The notes: a model not told the origin generated them from the sequence alone. DNA of 60,219 nucleotides from an uncultured bacterium (GCA_964511315.1 CAZEFF010000007.1:1-60219); one strand, 5' to 3'; shown: positions 19,788 to 30,042, numbered from the stretch's first letter. A program made the numbers and translations.

Positions 19788-21038
19788 ATGCGATTTATTT
19801 ACAAAGCAAAAAAGGGCCCCGGAGAAATCATTCAAGGGGAGGTCGAGGCTGATAATGAAGACGCGGCGCTTGGAAAAATTACAGCAGCCGGTCTTGTCCC
19901 TGTAAAGCTTACACCGATCGGTCTTGAGATCCCTTCCCCTGCTTCGGGAAAAAGGGAGGGCATTGCCGAAACGGCTCCGGTCAATTTTAACCGCCAGCAA
20001 GTCCGTATCACACACCGGGACCTTAATGTTTTTACCCGTCAATTCGCCATTCTCTCAAAAGCGAGTGTTCCGCTTTTGAAAATTTTTGACGTCCTTTCTA
20101 ACCAAACTCAAAATCTAAAGTTCCGTTCCGTGCTTAAAGAAATTCAGAAAAAACTTCAGGACGGCGGCGGGCTTTCAGAAACTTTGGCGATATATCCGAA
20201 AATATTTTCTCAAATTTATGTGAGCTTGATTCATTCCGGAGAAATTAGCGGAACTCTCGATCAGGTTTTGGCAAAGCTCGCGGAGTTCGCTGAAAAGGAG
20301 GCGGAGACGCGGGCGAAAGTTCAATCCGCGATGATTTATCCCGCGTTCCTTTTTCTCGTTGGGATTGGCACGGTATTTATTCTGATGACCTTTGTGATGC
20401 CTCGTCTCATGGGGCTTTTTTCGGATCTGGGCACACCGCTTCCCGGCATTACGATTTTTATGATGAGTATCAGCCGCTTCCTTCAGCGTACCTGGATTTT
20501 TATCGGGGCCGCCATTGCCGCCGTTGTTTTTTGGCTTAGGACCAAAGGGCTGAGTGATTCGCAGCAAAGACAGCTTGACCATTTTCTCGCGCACGCGCCC
20601 GCAATTGGGAAGGTGGTCGAAAAATCCGAGGTGGCCCGGTTTCTGCGGTCTATTGAGCTGCTTTATGAAAATGGAATTCCGCTTTATAAAGCGGTGAGTA
20701 TCGGCGCGAAGACAGTGACCAATGTTCTTATCCGTGAACAGCTTGAAAAAATCCCGGACCTATTAGAGGGCGGCGCGACTTTGGCAAAAAGTCTTGAGCA
20801 GGCACCGTTCGTTTCACCCTTTGTGTGCCAAATGGTTGCGGTAGGTGAAGAGTCGGGGGCTCTGACTTCTGCCCTTCGCGAAACGGCTTTGTTCTATGAA
20901 CAGGAAACGGATCAATTTGTAAAGCTCGCGACGTCGCTTCTGGAGCCTTTTATGATTTTAAGTATTGGGATTGTTGTCGGATTCATTGTTATTTCTATGC
21001 TGCTGCCTATCTTCGAAATTCATGTTGCCGCGCAATAA
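19788..21038 (+). CDS. gspF: T2SS/T4P inner-membrane platform protein GspF/PilC
   Basis: Two GspF domains (FTRQFAIL...SGEISGTL; GEESGAL...EP) and three TM segments. Confidence 0.92.
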   Translation: MRFIYKAKKGPGEIIQGEVEADNEDAALGKITAAGLVPVKLTPIGLEIPSPASGKREGIAETAPVNFNRQQVRITHRDLNVFTRQFAILSKASVPLLKIFDVLSNQTQNLKFRSVLKEIQKKLQDGGGLSETLAIYPKIFSQIYVSLIHSGEISGTLDQVLAKLAEFAEKEAETRAKVQSAMIYPAFLFLVGIGTVFILMTFVMPRLMGLFSDLGTPLPGITIFMMSISRFLQRTWIFIGAAIAAVVFWLRTKGLSDSQQRQLDHFLAHAPAIGKVVEKSEVARFLRSIELLYENGIPLYKAVSIGAKTVTNVLIREQLEKIPDLLEGGATLAKSLEQAPFVSPFVCQMVAVGEESGALTSALRETALFYEQETDQFVKLATSLLEPFMILSIGIVVGFIVISMLLPIFEIHVAAQ

Positions 21039-21056
21039 AACAGTGAAAAGCCGCTT

Positions 21057-21536
21057 GTGAAGAATGAAGTGAAAACCCCAAAAAGAATAAAAACTCTATC
21101 AAGAAATTTCCGCCATTCGCTTTTCATTTTTCGTGCTTCAAATGGTTTCACGCTCATAGAAGTTCTCGTCTCAGTGATTATTCTTGCCTTTGGGCTTGTG
21201 CTTGTTGCGGAGGGAATGAGCCGAACGGAGCAAGCGTACCGCATCTCCCAAAACGCGGTCATCGCGAGCCAAATTGCCGATGAAAAACTGATGGAATCTG
21301 AAATCGAAGTCCGGCAAAGGCACAAGCTTAGATATTCGTTTGATGATGGCCAGGAAAAATTTCCCGGAAAATTTTTTGACTGGAAGCGCGAAGTCAGAGG
21401 CTATTCGCACGAATCGATTTTGGATGAAACAAAGCTTAGCCGGGTGGATGTTACGCTGGACTGGAAAGACGGAGCCGTCCGGAATAACTCCGAAGTTTTT
21501 TCAACGCTTGTGATGAACAGAGAAAAAGAGAAATGA
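21057..21536 (+). CDS. Minor pseudopilin, GspI/PilV-like
   Basis: Prepilin cleavage motif G|FTLIEVLV; the start codon is uncertain. Confidence 0.75.
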   Translation: MKNEVKTPKRIKTLSRNFRHSLFIFRASNGFTLIEVLVSVIILAFGLVLVAEGMSRTEQAYRISQNAVIASQIADEKLMESEIEVRQRHKLRYSFDDGQEKFPGKFFDWKREVRGYSHESILDETKLSRVDVTLDWKDGAVRNNSEVFSTLVMNREKEK

Positions 21537-22228
21537 TGAAAATTTTATCTGTCCAGCTCCGGGTTCAGAGGCAAAACGGCTTTACTCTTCTTGAAACCCT
21601 TCTTGCGATTACGCTTTTCGCGATTGTGATTAGTTCCAGTTATGGAATTTTTAGTATGGGGATTCAGATTTGGAAAAGATCCCAAGGCCGCTCTTTGGTC
21701 GAGCGTAAGGCGACGCTTGCCTTGGAGCGCATGGGGCAGGATGTGAGGAATGCAATCTTTACGGTATCAAGCGGTGAGGCGGGGCTATCACAAGCTGAGC
21801 CCGAATTTAGCGGAAATGAAAAGTCTTTTAGTTTTCCCGCGATAGTGGCCGCTTCGGATAAAAAAGGCCGCGTCATGAATCAATATGGCGCTGTCATTTA
21901 TGAATGGAATAGTGGGGGAGACCTATGCCGGCGGGCAAAGTCAGCCACCGACTTATATTTAAGGAGGGATTCGGAATGCCGTGTTTTGGCGCAGGGGATT
22001 AAGAAGCTAAAATTCGAATATTTGCTCTATCAAAGGATTACGAAAAGTTTGTCTTGGTATAATAGCTGGGACTTGAAGGATGGAATGCCTCAGGCAGTGC
22101 GCGTGAATTTGGAGCTCGAAGAAAAAATGAAAGGCGAGCGCAGAGGAATCGTTAAGAAGTATCAAAGGACTTTTCTCGTCCCGGTCGCTGAAAACCCCGT
22201 GAATGACGGGGGAGGCGAGAATGTTTAA
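21533..22228 (+). CDS. Minor pseudopilin, GspJ-like
   Basis: G|FTLLETLL motif; position between the I-like and K-like genes. Confidence 0.75.
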   Translation: MMKILSVQLRVQRQNGFTLLETLLAITLFAIVISSSYGIFSMGIQIWKRSQGRSLVERKATLALERMGQDVRNAIFTVSSGEAGLSQAEPEFSGNEKSFSFPAIVAASDKKGRVMNQYGAVIYEWNSGGDLCRRAKSATDLYLRRDSECRVLAQGIKKLKFEYLLYQRITKSLSWYNSWDLKDGMPQAVRVNLELEEKMKGERRGIVKKYQRTFLVPVAENPVNDGGGENV

Positions 22229-23267
22229 GCGGCTTAAGGATGATCGGGCCAGTGTGCTAATTGCGGTGATCTGGATGCTGGCGATACTGGCCGTTTTTAC
22301 TGTCGCGGTCAACCGGCAAGCGTCTCAAGAACTGATGCTGGGATCCTGGATGAAAGATAAAATTGAAGCGAGTGCTTTAGCGCGTGCTGGAATTGCCCGC
22401 GCGGTCTTTGAACTTCAACAGGATAAGTTCCGGACATTTGACGCGCTGAATGAGAATTGGGCTTCCAATGAACGGGCGTTTAGCAATATTGCGTTAGGAC
22501 CGGGGACTTTTTCGGTTGAGTGCCGGGAAGCCGGTCCTGAGAAAACGAATGGAAAAAATTCGAGTCCGCGTTATGGTCTTTGCGATGATTCCGGGCGCAT
22601 TAATATCAATAAGGCTTCTGAAATTGTGCTGACCAAACTTTTAGCCGCCGCCTCAAGCGATATCAGTCCGGAAAAAGCCGGACATATCGCGCAAGCCATT
22701 ATTGATTGGAGAGATCAGGATGATAACCCGCTTCAAAACGGAGCGGAATCATCATACTACCGGTCGCTGTCCACTCCTTACAGCGCGCGCAATAAAAACT
22801 TTGATAGCGTAGAAGAGCTTCAGATGGTGAAAGAGATCGACCCTAAAATTTTTAAAGCCCTGAAACCTTTTGTGACGATCTATGGGGACGGTGTTCTAAA
22901 TTTCAACACAGCTTCCGCGGCCGCTCTGCAGGCGGTGGGTTTAAGCTCAGAGCTGGCTCAAGCGCTTATGGAATTCCGGGGGGGAGCGGACAGGGTTTTA
23001 GGAAACAAAGATGATGAAATCTTTCAAGATGCAGGAGAAATTGTGTCATCGGTCAGCTCCTCGATTACCCTAGGTGCGGATGATCACGCAGCCCTGGAAA
23101 ATGCGGTCGCTCAAAACCTTATAGGCACCAAATCAAATACCTATAGAATTCACTCAGTTGGCCGTTTAAAGAAAGATAGCCATGCCTATGAACATTGGGT
23201 TACATCTGTAGTGACCCGCGAAGGAGCGGTTTTGTATTGGCATGAAGGAGAAGGGGGAGAGGATTGA
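22221..23267 (+). CDS. gspK: Minor pseudopilin GspK
   Basis: ASVLIAVIWMLAIL N-terminus, RININKAS, IIDWRDQD, GAESSYY, NFDSVEEL. Start moved to ATG 22221, which follows GGAGG. Confidence 0.88.
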   Translation: MFKRLKDDRASVLIAVIWMLAILAVFTVAVNRQASQELMLGSWMKDKIEASALARAGIARAVFELQQDKFRTFDALNENWASNERAFSNIALGPGTFSVECREAGPEKTNGKNSSPRYGLCDDSGRININKASEIVLTKLLAAASSDISPEKAGHIAQAIIDWRDQDDNPLQNGAESSYYRSLSTPYSARNKNFDSVEELQMVKEIDPKIFKALKPFVTIYGDGVLNFNTASAAALQAVGLSSELAQALMEFRGGADRVLGNKDDEIFQDAGEIVSSVSSSITLGADDHAALENAVAQNLIGTKSNTYRIHSVGRLKKDSHAYEHWVTSVVTREGAVLYWHEGEGGED

Positions 23268-24853
23268 GTAAGACGGCGTTTAAATTTGAGGGACTCAAAA
23301 AGATTCCGCTGCCCGCGATGACTTTGCCTTGGACCCGTAAAAACTATGTTCTTTTAGTTGAGATCACGGATGAAAATCTTAAATTGGCGGGCGTTCTCGA
23401 TGAGGGGAAAAAACGGAAGTGGCTTTGGGCCGTATCGGATTCCGTTGTCGATTTGAATGAGATTCAGATCAGCCAAAAAATCCATCAAATTTTAAAAGCC
23501 ACCTTTTTTAAGCCGACTAAAGTGGTGATTGTTCACCCGACCAAACAGCTCACGACCCGTGTGCTTTCGCTCCCTTCTGTGGATGACCGAGAAATTAAGG
23601 ATATCCTGGATCTGCAAGCGGTCAAACAGACGCCTTATACCAAAGATGAAATTACGACAGGTTTCCGGCTTATTGACCGTTCCGGCGCTGGATATTCTCA
23701 GGTGCTGCTCGCTATTTCGCACCGTGACATTTCTACTCGGTACTGCCGTATTTTGGAGATCGCGCGGCTCATTCCTGATCAAGTCACCACATCCATCGAG
23801 GGCCTTTGGGCCTGGTTCCTCCAAGCTAAAGCAAAGGATGCCATCGCGGAGACAGATATTATTTTGTTTCTTGATATTGATTGGGGAAGCACGGATCTTA
23901 TGATTTTTGGCGGGAAAAAACTTCTTTTTAATCGAAATCTGGGCATTGGCGGAAAACAGCTTCAGGATGGAGGCGAAAGCGCCCAGTCCGATTTTGAGCG
24001 CGAAGTGGAACGTTCTGTTGAATTAGGCGCTCCCGAGCTTAAAAATATGAAAGTGAGTCATGTGGTTTTGGGCGGGATTGCGGGAAGGTTTAAAGACGTC
24101 GCCGCGGTGATATCACGCGAGCTGAATGTGCCCTGCGAAATTCTTCCTGTTTTTCAAAGCTTTCCCGGACAGGCGCCGGCATCCATTGCCCAGGCTGGCG
24201 AGCCAACCGACTTGGGGCAGGTTTCGTGGGCTGGGATTGCTGGGCTTGCGCTTGATCCCCAAGCGGGACAAATGAATCTACTTCCCGGAGAAGCGAAGCT
24301 CCGAAAAAATTTGCAGGACCGCGGCAAAGATTTGGCTATGTTTGGGACCCTATTAATGGCGCTTATCATGATGATTTCAGGGGCTGTTTTTACGCGGTTT
24401 TATAAAAAAACTTCTTATCTGAATAATCTTAAAAAAATGTACATTTCGATCAAAGGAGAGTCGGAAGGCATCGAGCGGACAGTCGCGAAAATGAAAATCG
24501 CTCAGGAACAGATGTCAGCCAACGGCAGTTTTTTGGATGTCTTCCGCGATATACAAATAGTTTTACCTCCAACGATCAGTCTGACTTCATTTGAGTATCA
24601 GGCGAAAGATAAAACGGTTGTGATCCGCGGAATTTCTGAAGAGATGTCCACGATTTTTCAATTTCTCTCGACGCTGGAAGCTACGCCTTATTTGGAATTT
24701 GTGAAGACGCGCAATGTGAGCAAACGCAAAGTGGAAGAGAAAGAGCTCGCGGAGTTTGAGATGATTGCCAATATTGAAACGAAAGCTGCGAATGCGGCGC
24801 CCCCAAAAGGGGAGACACGCCCAGCGGCCGATAGTCTGAAGGGGGAAAAATGA
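23264..24853 (+). CDS. PilM-like actin-fold domain + TM + PilN-like domain (GspL-type architecture)
   Basis: FLDIDWGSTDL (degenerate actin-fold motif), QMNLLP before a TM, C-terminal ferredoxin-like periplasmic domain. Confidence 0.7.
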   Translation: MSKTAFKFEGLKKIPLPAMTLPWTRKNYVLLVEITDENLKLAGVLDEGKKRKWLWAVSDSVVDLNEIQISQKIHQILKATFFKPTKVVIVHPTKQLTTRVLSLPSVDDREIKDILDLQAVKQTPYTKDEITTGFRLIDRSGAGYSQVLLAISHRDISTRYCRILEIARLIPDQVTTSIEGLWAWFLQAKAKDAIAETDIILFLDIDWGSTDLMIFGGKKLLFNRNLGIGGKQLQDGGESAQSDFEREVERSVELGAPELKNMKVSHVVLGGIAGRFKDVAAVISRELNVPCEILPVFQSFPGQAPASIAQAGEPTDLGQVSWAGIAGLALDPQAGQMNLLPGEAKLRKNLQDRGKDLAMFGTLLMALIMMISGAVFTRFYKKTSYLNNLKKMYISIKGESEGIERTVAKMKIAQEQMSANGSFLDVFRDIQIVLPPTISLTSFEYQAKDKTVVIRGISEEMSTIFQFLSTLEATPYLEFVKTRNVSKRKVEEKELAEFEMIANIETKAANAAPPKGETRPAADSLKGEK

Positions 24854-25392
24854 TCAGTTTGCCTAAAAAACTGACTCCTCGTGAACAGAAGATTTTGTTC
24901 GTGACCGTTTTTTTTGCGGTCATTGCCGCCGGATATTACGGTGTTTGGCGTCCCGCTTTGGCCAAATTTCTTAGTCTTGACGATGAGATTTTTGCGATGG
25001 AAATGAAGCTTCGAAAATCCAAGATTTTTCTGCGTCAAAAAGATGAAATTATGGCGGAAGCGAAAAAATATCCTAATCTTGCTCAAATGGATGCTGGGAA
25101 GGACGAAGAAGAAATTGCCCGGCTGCTCAATCTGATCGAGCAAACAGCCCGCAAAGCCGGCGTTTCTCTCTCTGATGTTAAGCCCCAGCAAGTTCAGTCC
25201 GACAAAGTCTCTAAGCGTTTCGCAGTAGAGCTTCACGCGGAATCAACACTTGAACAGCTGACAATATTTCTTTACAACATTCAGGTTTCTTCGGAGCTTC
25301 TGAAAGTGGAACAAGTGCAGACTGCGCCTAAAGAAGAAAAATCTCAAATATTGCGTTCTTTTTTAACTGTGACGAGAATGGTTGTTAAGTGA
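24850..25392 (+). CDS. PilO/GspM-like alignment protein
   Basis: LTPREQKIL + TM + coiled coil + ferredoxin-like domain; ATGA overlap. Confidence 0.75.
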   Translation: MISLPKKLTPREQKILFVTVFFAVIAAGYYGVWRPALAKFLSLDDEIFAMEMKLRKSKIFLRQKDEIMAEAKKYPNLAQMDAGKDEEEIARLLNLIEQTARKAGVSLSDVKPQQVQSDKVSKRFAVELHAESTLEQLTIFLYNIQVSSELLKVEQVQTAPKEEKSQILRSFLTVTRMVVK

Positions 25393-25405
25393 TAAGGAGT
25401 AAAAA

Positions 25406-25831
25406 ATGAAAAAAATGAATTTTGAAAAAGGGTTTACGTTGATTGAAATTCTTTTGGTGGTTATTATTATTGGAATTTTGGTATCGCTTGTAGCGCCGCG
25501 TCTAGCTGGCCGGTCTGAAGAGGCGCGGAAGCAAGCTGCTAAGGCGGATATTGAGGGGGGGCTGGCGCTTTCACTTGATTTATTCGAAGTTGATAATGGG
25601 AAATATCCCGCCACGCTTGATGAGCTTTTGAACAAGCCTTCTGATGCCTCAAATTGGAAAGGGCCTTACTTAAAGAAAGGTTTGCCTAAGGATCCTTGGG
25701 GAAATCCGTATGTTTATAAGATACCCGGGACGCATAATACGAGCAGCTATGATCTTTATTCGTTAGGGCAGGATAAACAGGAAGGTTCTCAAGACGATAT
25801 TGTAAACTGGAAAAATGAAAATCCCTATTAG
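25406..25831 (+). CDS. gspG: Major pseudopilin GspG
   Basis: G|FTLIEILLV, DNGKYP, WKGPYL, KDPWGNPYVY, YDLYSLGQD...EG..DDI. Confidence 0.95.
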   Translation: MKKMNFEKGFTLIEILLVVIIIGILVSLVAPRLAGRSEEARKQAAKADIEGGLALSLDLFEVDNGKYPATLDELLNKPSDASNWKGPYLKKGLPKDPWGNPYVYKIPGTHNTSSYDLYSLGQDKQEGSQDDIVNWKNENPY

Positions 25832-26616
25832 GACGATGAGTCTTCGCGTGACACTTCAACCGTGTCTTTTGCCTGAGAATAAGTGTAACCAATAGCGTTC
25901 ATGAGAGTGATAATTAACTCTTCCCGGCCTGAAGCGCCTCGGAGAAGTTCGTTCACCTCGTCCACATTTCTGCCCTGCTGTATAAGCCTTGTCGCAATAA
26001 TGTTTTTATCCATTTCAAAATTATGGGCTTCTCCTTCCGGAGCCGCCTGGCCAAAATAAAAAGGATTGTTTGAAAGGGAGGGAGCCAGGGTATCTGCACT
26101 GCCCGTTTTTTGACTTCCTGCTGTTTCATTTCCCGCCGTAAGAGTGGATGTCTGATTTTTCTTTTTCTCGGCATCCTCGTAGATTTTATCGGTCATGAGC
26201 TCGAATGTGCTATTGCGTCCGTCTTGCCGGTTTTTGTCGGGGCCCTGAGACGCCGGATCGGGTTCAATGATCGTTTCTACTTTGGGTCCTTGATTTTTGA
26301 GTTTAGGAATAGGTGCCGCGACTAGTTCAAGCCTTGCTGCCTCTTCTGCTTCAGCTTCAGCCTTGGCTTCAATCCGATTTTCAGCATCTTGGTCAGAGAC
26401 ATAGGTCCGGTTAGAATCGGCGGGATCAATGTCCATAATAGCATCGACACGTCTTTGATAAGGATCTTGAATCGAGGTATTGCCTGTTGCGGTGTTCAAA
26501 TAGGCTAATTTGTCCGGGCTATCGATTTCGTTGCGCGCTTGTATAGGAAGGGAGAAGGTGAATAAAAGTATGGATACTGCCGGGACAATCCGGATTAAAA
26601 AATGACGAGGGCTCAT
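25828..26616 (-). CDS. Hypothetical secreted protein (262 aa)
   Basis: Long ORF with a signal-peptide-like N-terminus; convergent 4-nt overlap with gspG; no recognised domain. Confidence 0.6.
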   Translation of the reverse strand: MSPRHFLIRIVPAVSILLFTFSLPIQARNEIDSPDKLAYLNTATGNTSIQDPYQRRVDAIMDIDPADSNRTYVSDQDAENRIEAKAEAEAEEAARLELVAAPIPKLKNQGPKVETIIEPDPASQGPDKNRQDGRNSTFELMTDKIYEDAEKKKNQTSTLTAGNETAGSQKTGSADTLAPSLSNNPFYFGQAAPEGEAHNFEMDKNIIATRLIQQGRNVDEVNELLRGASGREELIITLMNAIGYTYSQAKDTVEVSREDSSS

Positions 26617-26818
26617 ATCTTTCTCCAGGGCCTATTATTTTTACGTTAAAGAAGTTTAATTCTTTACGGCAAAATTATATCATAGACTTTATTCGGGTTA
26701 AAGCTTTGAGCAGGAATAAGTTAGGAAAGCTTAGGGTTAAGCTTTAGGGGGCGCGGGCCGATAATTTGGAAGGCCATTTAAGCATGAAATTAGCCGGCCT
26801 AAGCAGTTGAAAGGGCTT

Positions 26819-28048
26819 ATGAACTCAATTAAATCAGTTCTTATTTTTTTTCTTATCCTCGGGGCTTCAGTTCAGGTGGTTTGGGCGGAAGATATTCAAG
26901 ACCGGTTTATCCGGATGCGCCAGGAAGAGCTGGATGCTAAACAGCGCCGGGCTGATGATACCGCTAACCGCATTTCTGTGATGCAAAAACAGCTGGAAGA
27001 AGAACGGAAAGAAGCGGTCGCCGCTCAAGAACATATTTGGAAGGATTTTTCGGCCTCGCTTGAAGTGGAAAGAAAAAATTTAAAAGATCAGCTTGCGGCA
27101 ATTGATGACCGGAGCCGTTTGTTCGAAAGTGAAATGGAAAAGAAAAGGCAGCAGGACAGCCTGAGCTTGACGGACAAGGAATCAGAAATAAACCGGCTTA
27201 TGATGGAAATGAACCGTTTGAAGGCCGAGCTTACCGAGGACCGCAAAGTTCTGGATAAGCGCATCCAAGAAATTAAAGCCATGCCTAGGCCCTCAGCTGA
27301 AGCGAATGGGGCAGCTTCTTCTCAAGACCTCAACGCTGAAAATTTAAAAAACAATACTGTCAAAATCACAGGAATGAAAGGGCGCGAGATCATAGGGAAC
27401 GAGCCCTTCGCTTCGAGGTCTATTGAACCGCAATATTACTTAGAAATCGGAGATATCATCGAGCTTGATGTGTGGCGGGTTCCCGATTTAACGCGCACTG
27501 TGACTGTTCGTCCGGATGGCCGCATTTCGCTGCCCCTTGTCGGCGACATGGAAGTTGTAGGGATGACACTTGTCGAAATTAGAGATGCTTTGACAAGAAA
27601 ATTCAGCGAGTATGTTTTGAATCCGCAAGTGTCAATATCGGTCCGGCAATTTGGCGGCCGCAAATTTATTATTCTTGGAGAGGTTCAGGGCCCTGGGGTT
27701 TACCGCTATCAGCAGGAGATTTCTTTGATTGAGGGGATCGCTCTTGCAGGCGGATTTAATGACAAGGCTAAGCGCGGCAAGGTGATGATTATTCGCGGGG
27801 ATGTAAGGAAGCAGGCCCAAGTTAAGATCATTACTTCGAACGTGGAAAACTTATTGAAAAAAGGCATGCTGACGGAAAATTTAACCATTATGCCGAACGA
27901 TATTATTTATGTCGGCAAAGATCTGTTAACCGACTATAACGACATCATTAACAATCTTATCAGCCCAACAGTTGACACCGCGCTTGATTATTATGTTGTT
28001 AAGAGCGCGCGCAGAACCGATCGGCGCGCTGAGGCTGTTTTTAACTAA
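26819..28048 (+). CDS. wza: Polysaccharide export (OPX/Wza-like) protein with an N-terminal coiled-coil extension
   Basis: Poly_export motif (YYLEIGDIIELDVWRVPDLTRTVTVRPDGRISLPLVGD), SLBB (ILGEVQGPGVY...IALAGGF), ~150-aa coiled coil after the signal peptide; ATG 26819 preferred over TTG 26807. Confidence 0.85.
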   Translation: MNSIKSVLIFFLILGASVQVVWAEDIQDRFIRMRQEELDAKQRRADDTANRISVMQKQLEEERKEAVAAQEHIWKDFSASLEVERKNLKDQLAAIDDRSRLFESEMEKKRQQDSLSLTDKESEINRLMMEMNRLKAELTEDRKVLDKRIQEIKAMPRPSAEANGAASSQDLNAENLKNNTVKITGMKGREIIGNEPFASRSIEPQYYLEIGDIIELDVWRVPDLTRTVTVRPDGRISLPLVGDMEVVGMTLVEIRDALTRKFSEYVLNPQVSISVRQFGGRKFIILGEVQGPGVYRYQQEISLIEGIALAGGFNDKAKRGKVMIIRGDVRKQAQVKIITSNVENLLKKGMLTENLTIMPNDIIYVGKDLLTDYNDIINNLISPTVDTALDYYVVKSARRTDRRAEAVFN

Positions 28049-30042
28049 TGACCGACACGCAAATTACGCCCGTTGCTCAAGCACAGCCCGTTTTTTCACG
28101 GTCCTCGTCTGATTCCCAGCGGTATGAACTAACTCTCTCTGATTATTGGCGCATTCTGATTAAGCGCCGCATGATTATCATTGTCTCGTTTATCATGATT
28201 TTGATCGCGTCCATTGTATATACCAATGGGAAGACACCCATGTATGAAGCTGGATCCGAAGTCCGGATTTCAATGGGGCCGCGCGCTTTCCAATATGATG
28301 GCGGAATGTTTGTCCCGCAAAATACTCTGCCCGTTTACGCAAGCATGGTTACGAGTGATGAGGTTGTCCAAAGGGTAGTGATCAAGCTCGGTCTTTTAGG
28401 GCCGGACGCGACAGCTCAAGACTTAGCAGACAAAGCGGCTGAAATAAGAGGTGCTATCTCAACCGGAACGGATGATATTAATAATTCCATAAGTATTTCA
28501 GTCGTGTATCCAAACCCTGAGCTTGCTGCCGCGATCGCGAATCAAACAGCGCAAGTTTTCATCGAAGTGGATTTGCTGGAAAAAACGAAGCAAGCCCGTA
28601 AGCTGCGGGGTTTTATCGAGGAGCAGCTCAGTAATTTTACAAAAAAACTTCAATCGACCGAAGATAAGATGCGCGAATTCCGTCAGTCAGGAAGGGCTTT
28701 GGGCATCGCGGCGGGGATGGAACAGCGTCTTTCGGATCTTGAAAAAGATAAAAATATTTTGCTTAAGCAATTCACCGAAAAACATCCTGATGTGATAAAA
28801 ATTAACGCGCAAATTGAAAATATCCGCGAGCGAATTCGTAAATTGCCATCCGATGAATTGGAGCTGGCCCGTCTTCAGCGGGAAATGGAGCTGAATGACC
28901 GCGCGTACCGGGCGATGAAAGATAAATATGAGTCGGCACGCCTCGCCGAAGCGGAAAAGGTAAGTGACGCGACAATTGTGGCGACGGCAGCTGTTCCCAC
29001 CGTTCCAATTTCGCCTCAGAAAACCTTAAACAAACTAACAGGCGCGGCCGTTGGGCTGATTGTCGGAATCATTCTTGCATTTGTGAATGAGAATATGGAT
29101 ACATCCATCGGAACAATTGAAGACGTCGAAAAAATTGTCAGATTGCCCGTGATCGGCATCATTCCTTATTTTGAGAGAAATGAAAATCAGGATTTGCCTT
29201 GGTGGAGGTTTGATAAAACGCTATTTGGGTTTTTATCGATCAAAAGGGACATGCCTCCGGACGGATCATTTTTAATTATGAATCAAGACACGCTTTCAAG
29301 TTTGTCTGAGTCCTACCGCATTTTACGTACCTTTGTGGAATTCATCGTCGGACGTAAAGAGGGGGAAGGTAAGATTCTTGTGCTGACAAGTACAGGGCCG
29401 CAGGAAGGTAAAACGCTTACAACCTGTAATCTCGCGATCGCGCTGGCCCAAGCGGGTAAAAAAACACTTCTTATTGATGCGGATCTTCGCCGCCCGACAT
29501 TGCATCGTCTTTTTGGATTATCCCGCTCGCCGGGTTTGACGGATTTGCTTTTGGGAACCTCAACGTTTGAAGAAACGCGCCGAACGATGGGAGACATTCT
29601 CGTTGGAGATACTTCGCAATGGGATCATGTTTTAACATCCCGAATGCTTGACCGCCTTGAAATCCTAACATCGGGTACGCATACTACGACTCCCGCAGAG
29701 CTTTTGGAGTCAGACTCAATGAAGCGTTTGCTTGAGCGGGCAAAGCAGGAATATGCCTATGTGCTGGTGGATACACCGCCGGTTCTTCCAGTAACTGATG
29801 CGAGGACTTTGGGAATTATCGCGGATTCAGTATTCTTTGTTTACCGCTCGGGTAAGACTGCCCGCCGCGCCCTGACCCGCGCTAAAGATGAATTGGCGCT
29901 TGCCGGCGTAAAAGTTAAGGGAATTATCCTTAACCAAGCCACGCCTGAAACTACCCTCACGGACGCTTATTACTATCAGTATTACGGTGAGAAGAAGGCG
30001 TCCAAGAAAGCAGCCTCGGAACAAGTTTCGGACAAAAAATAA
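28048..30042 (+). CDS. wzc: Polysaccharide co-polymerase/BY-kinase Wzc
   Basis: Two TMs around a coiled coil; Walker A STGPQEGKT, IDADLRRP, VDTPP, C-terminal Tyr cluster DAYYYQYY. Confidence 0.93.
   Translation: MTDTQITPVAQAQPVFSRSSSDSQRYELTLSDYWRILIKRRMIIIVSFIMILIASIVYTNGKTPMYEAGSEVRISMGPRAFQYDGGMFVPQNTLPVYASMVTSDEVVQRVVIKLGLLGPDATAQDLADKAAEIRGAISTGTDDINNSISISVVYPNPELAAAIANQTAQVFIEVDLLEKTKQARKLRGFIEEQLSNFTKKLQSTEDKMREFRQSGRALGIAAGMEQRLSDLEKDKNILLKQFTEKHPDVIKINAQIENIRERIRKLPSDELELARLQREMELNDRAYRAMKDKYESARLAEAEKVSDATIVATAAVPTVPISPQKTLNKLTGAAVGLIVGIILAFVNENMDTSIGTIEDVEKIVRLPVIGIIPYFERNENQDLPWWRFDKTLFGFLSIKRDMPPDGSFLIMNQDTLSSLSESYRILRTFVEFIVGRKEGEGKILVLTSTGPQEGKTLTTCNLAIALAQAGKKTLLIDADLRRPTLHRLFGLSRSPGLTDLLLGTSTFEETRRTMGDILVGDTSQWDHVLTSRMLDRLEILTSGTHTTTPAELLESDSMKRLLERAKQEYAYVLVDTPPVLPVTDARTLGIIADSVFFVYRSGKTARRALTRAKDELALAGVKVKGIILNQATPETTLTDAYYYQYYGEKKASKKAASEQVSDKK

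Noticed and set aside
26617-26818. ops/JUMPStart element upstream of the glycan locus
   Set aside because: No GGCGGTAG-type core was seen.
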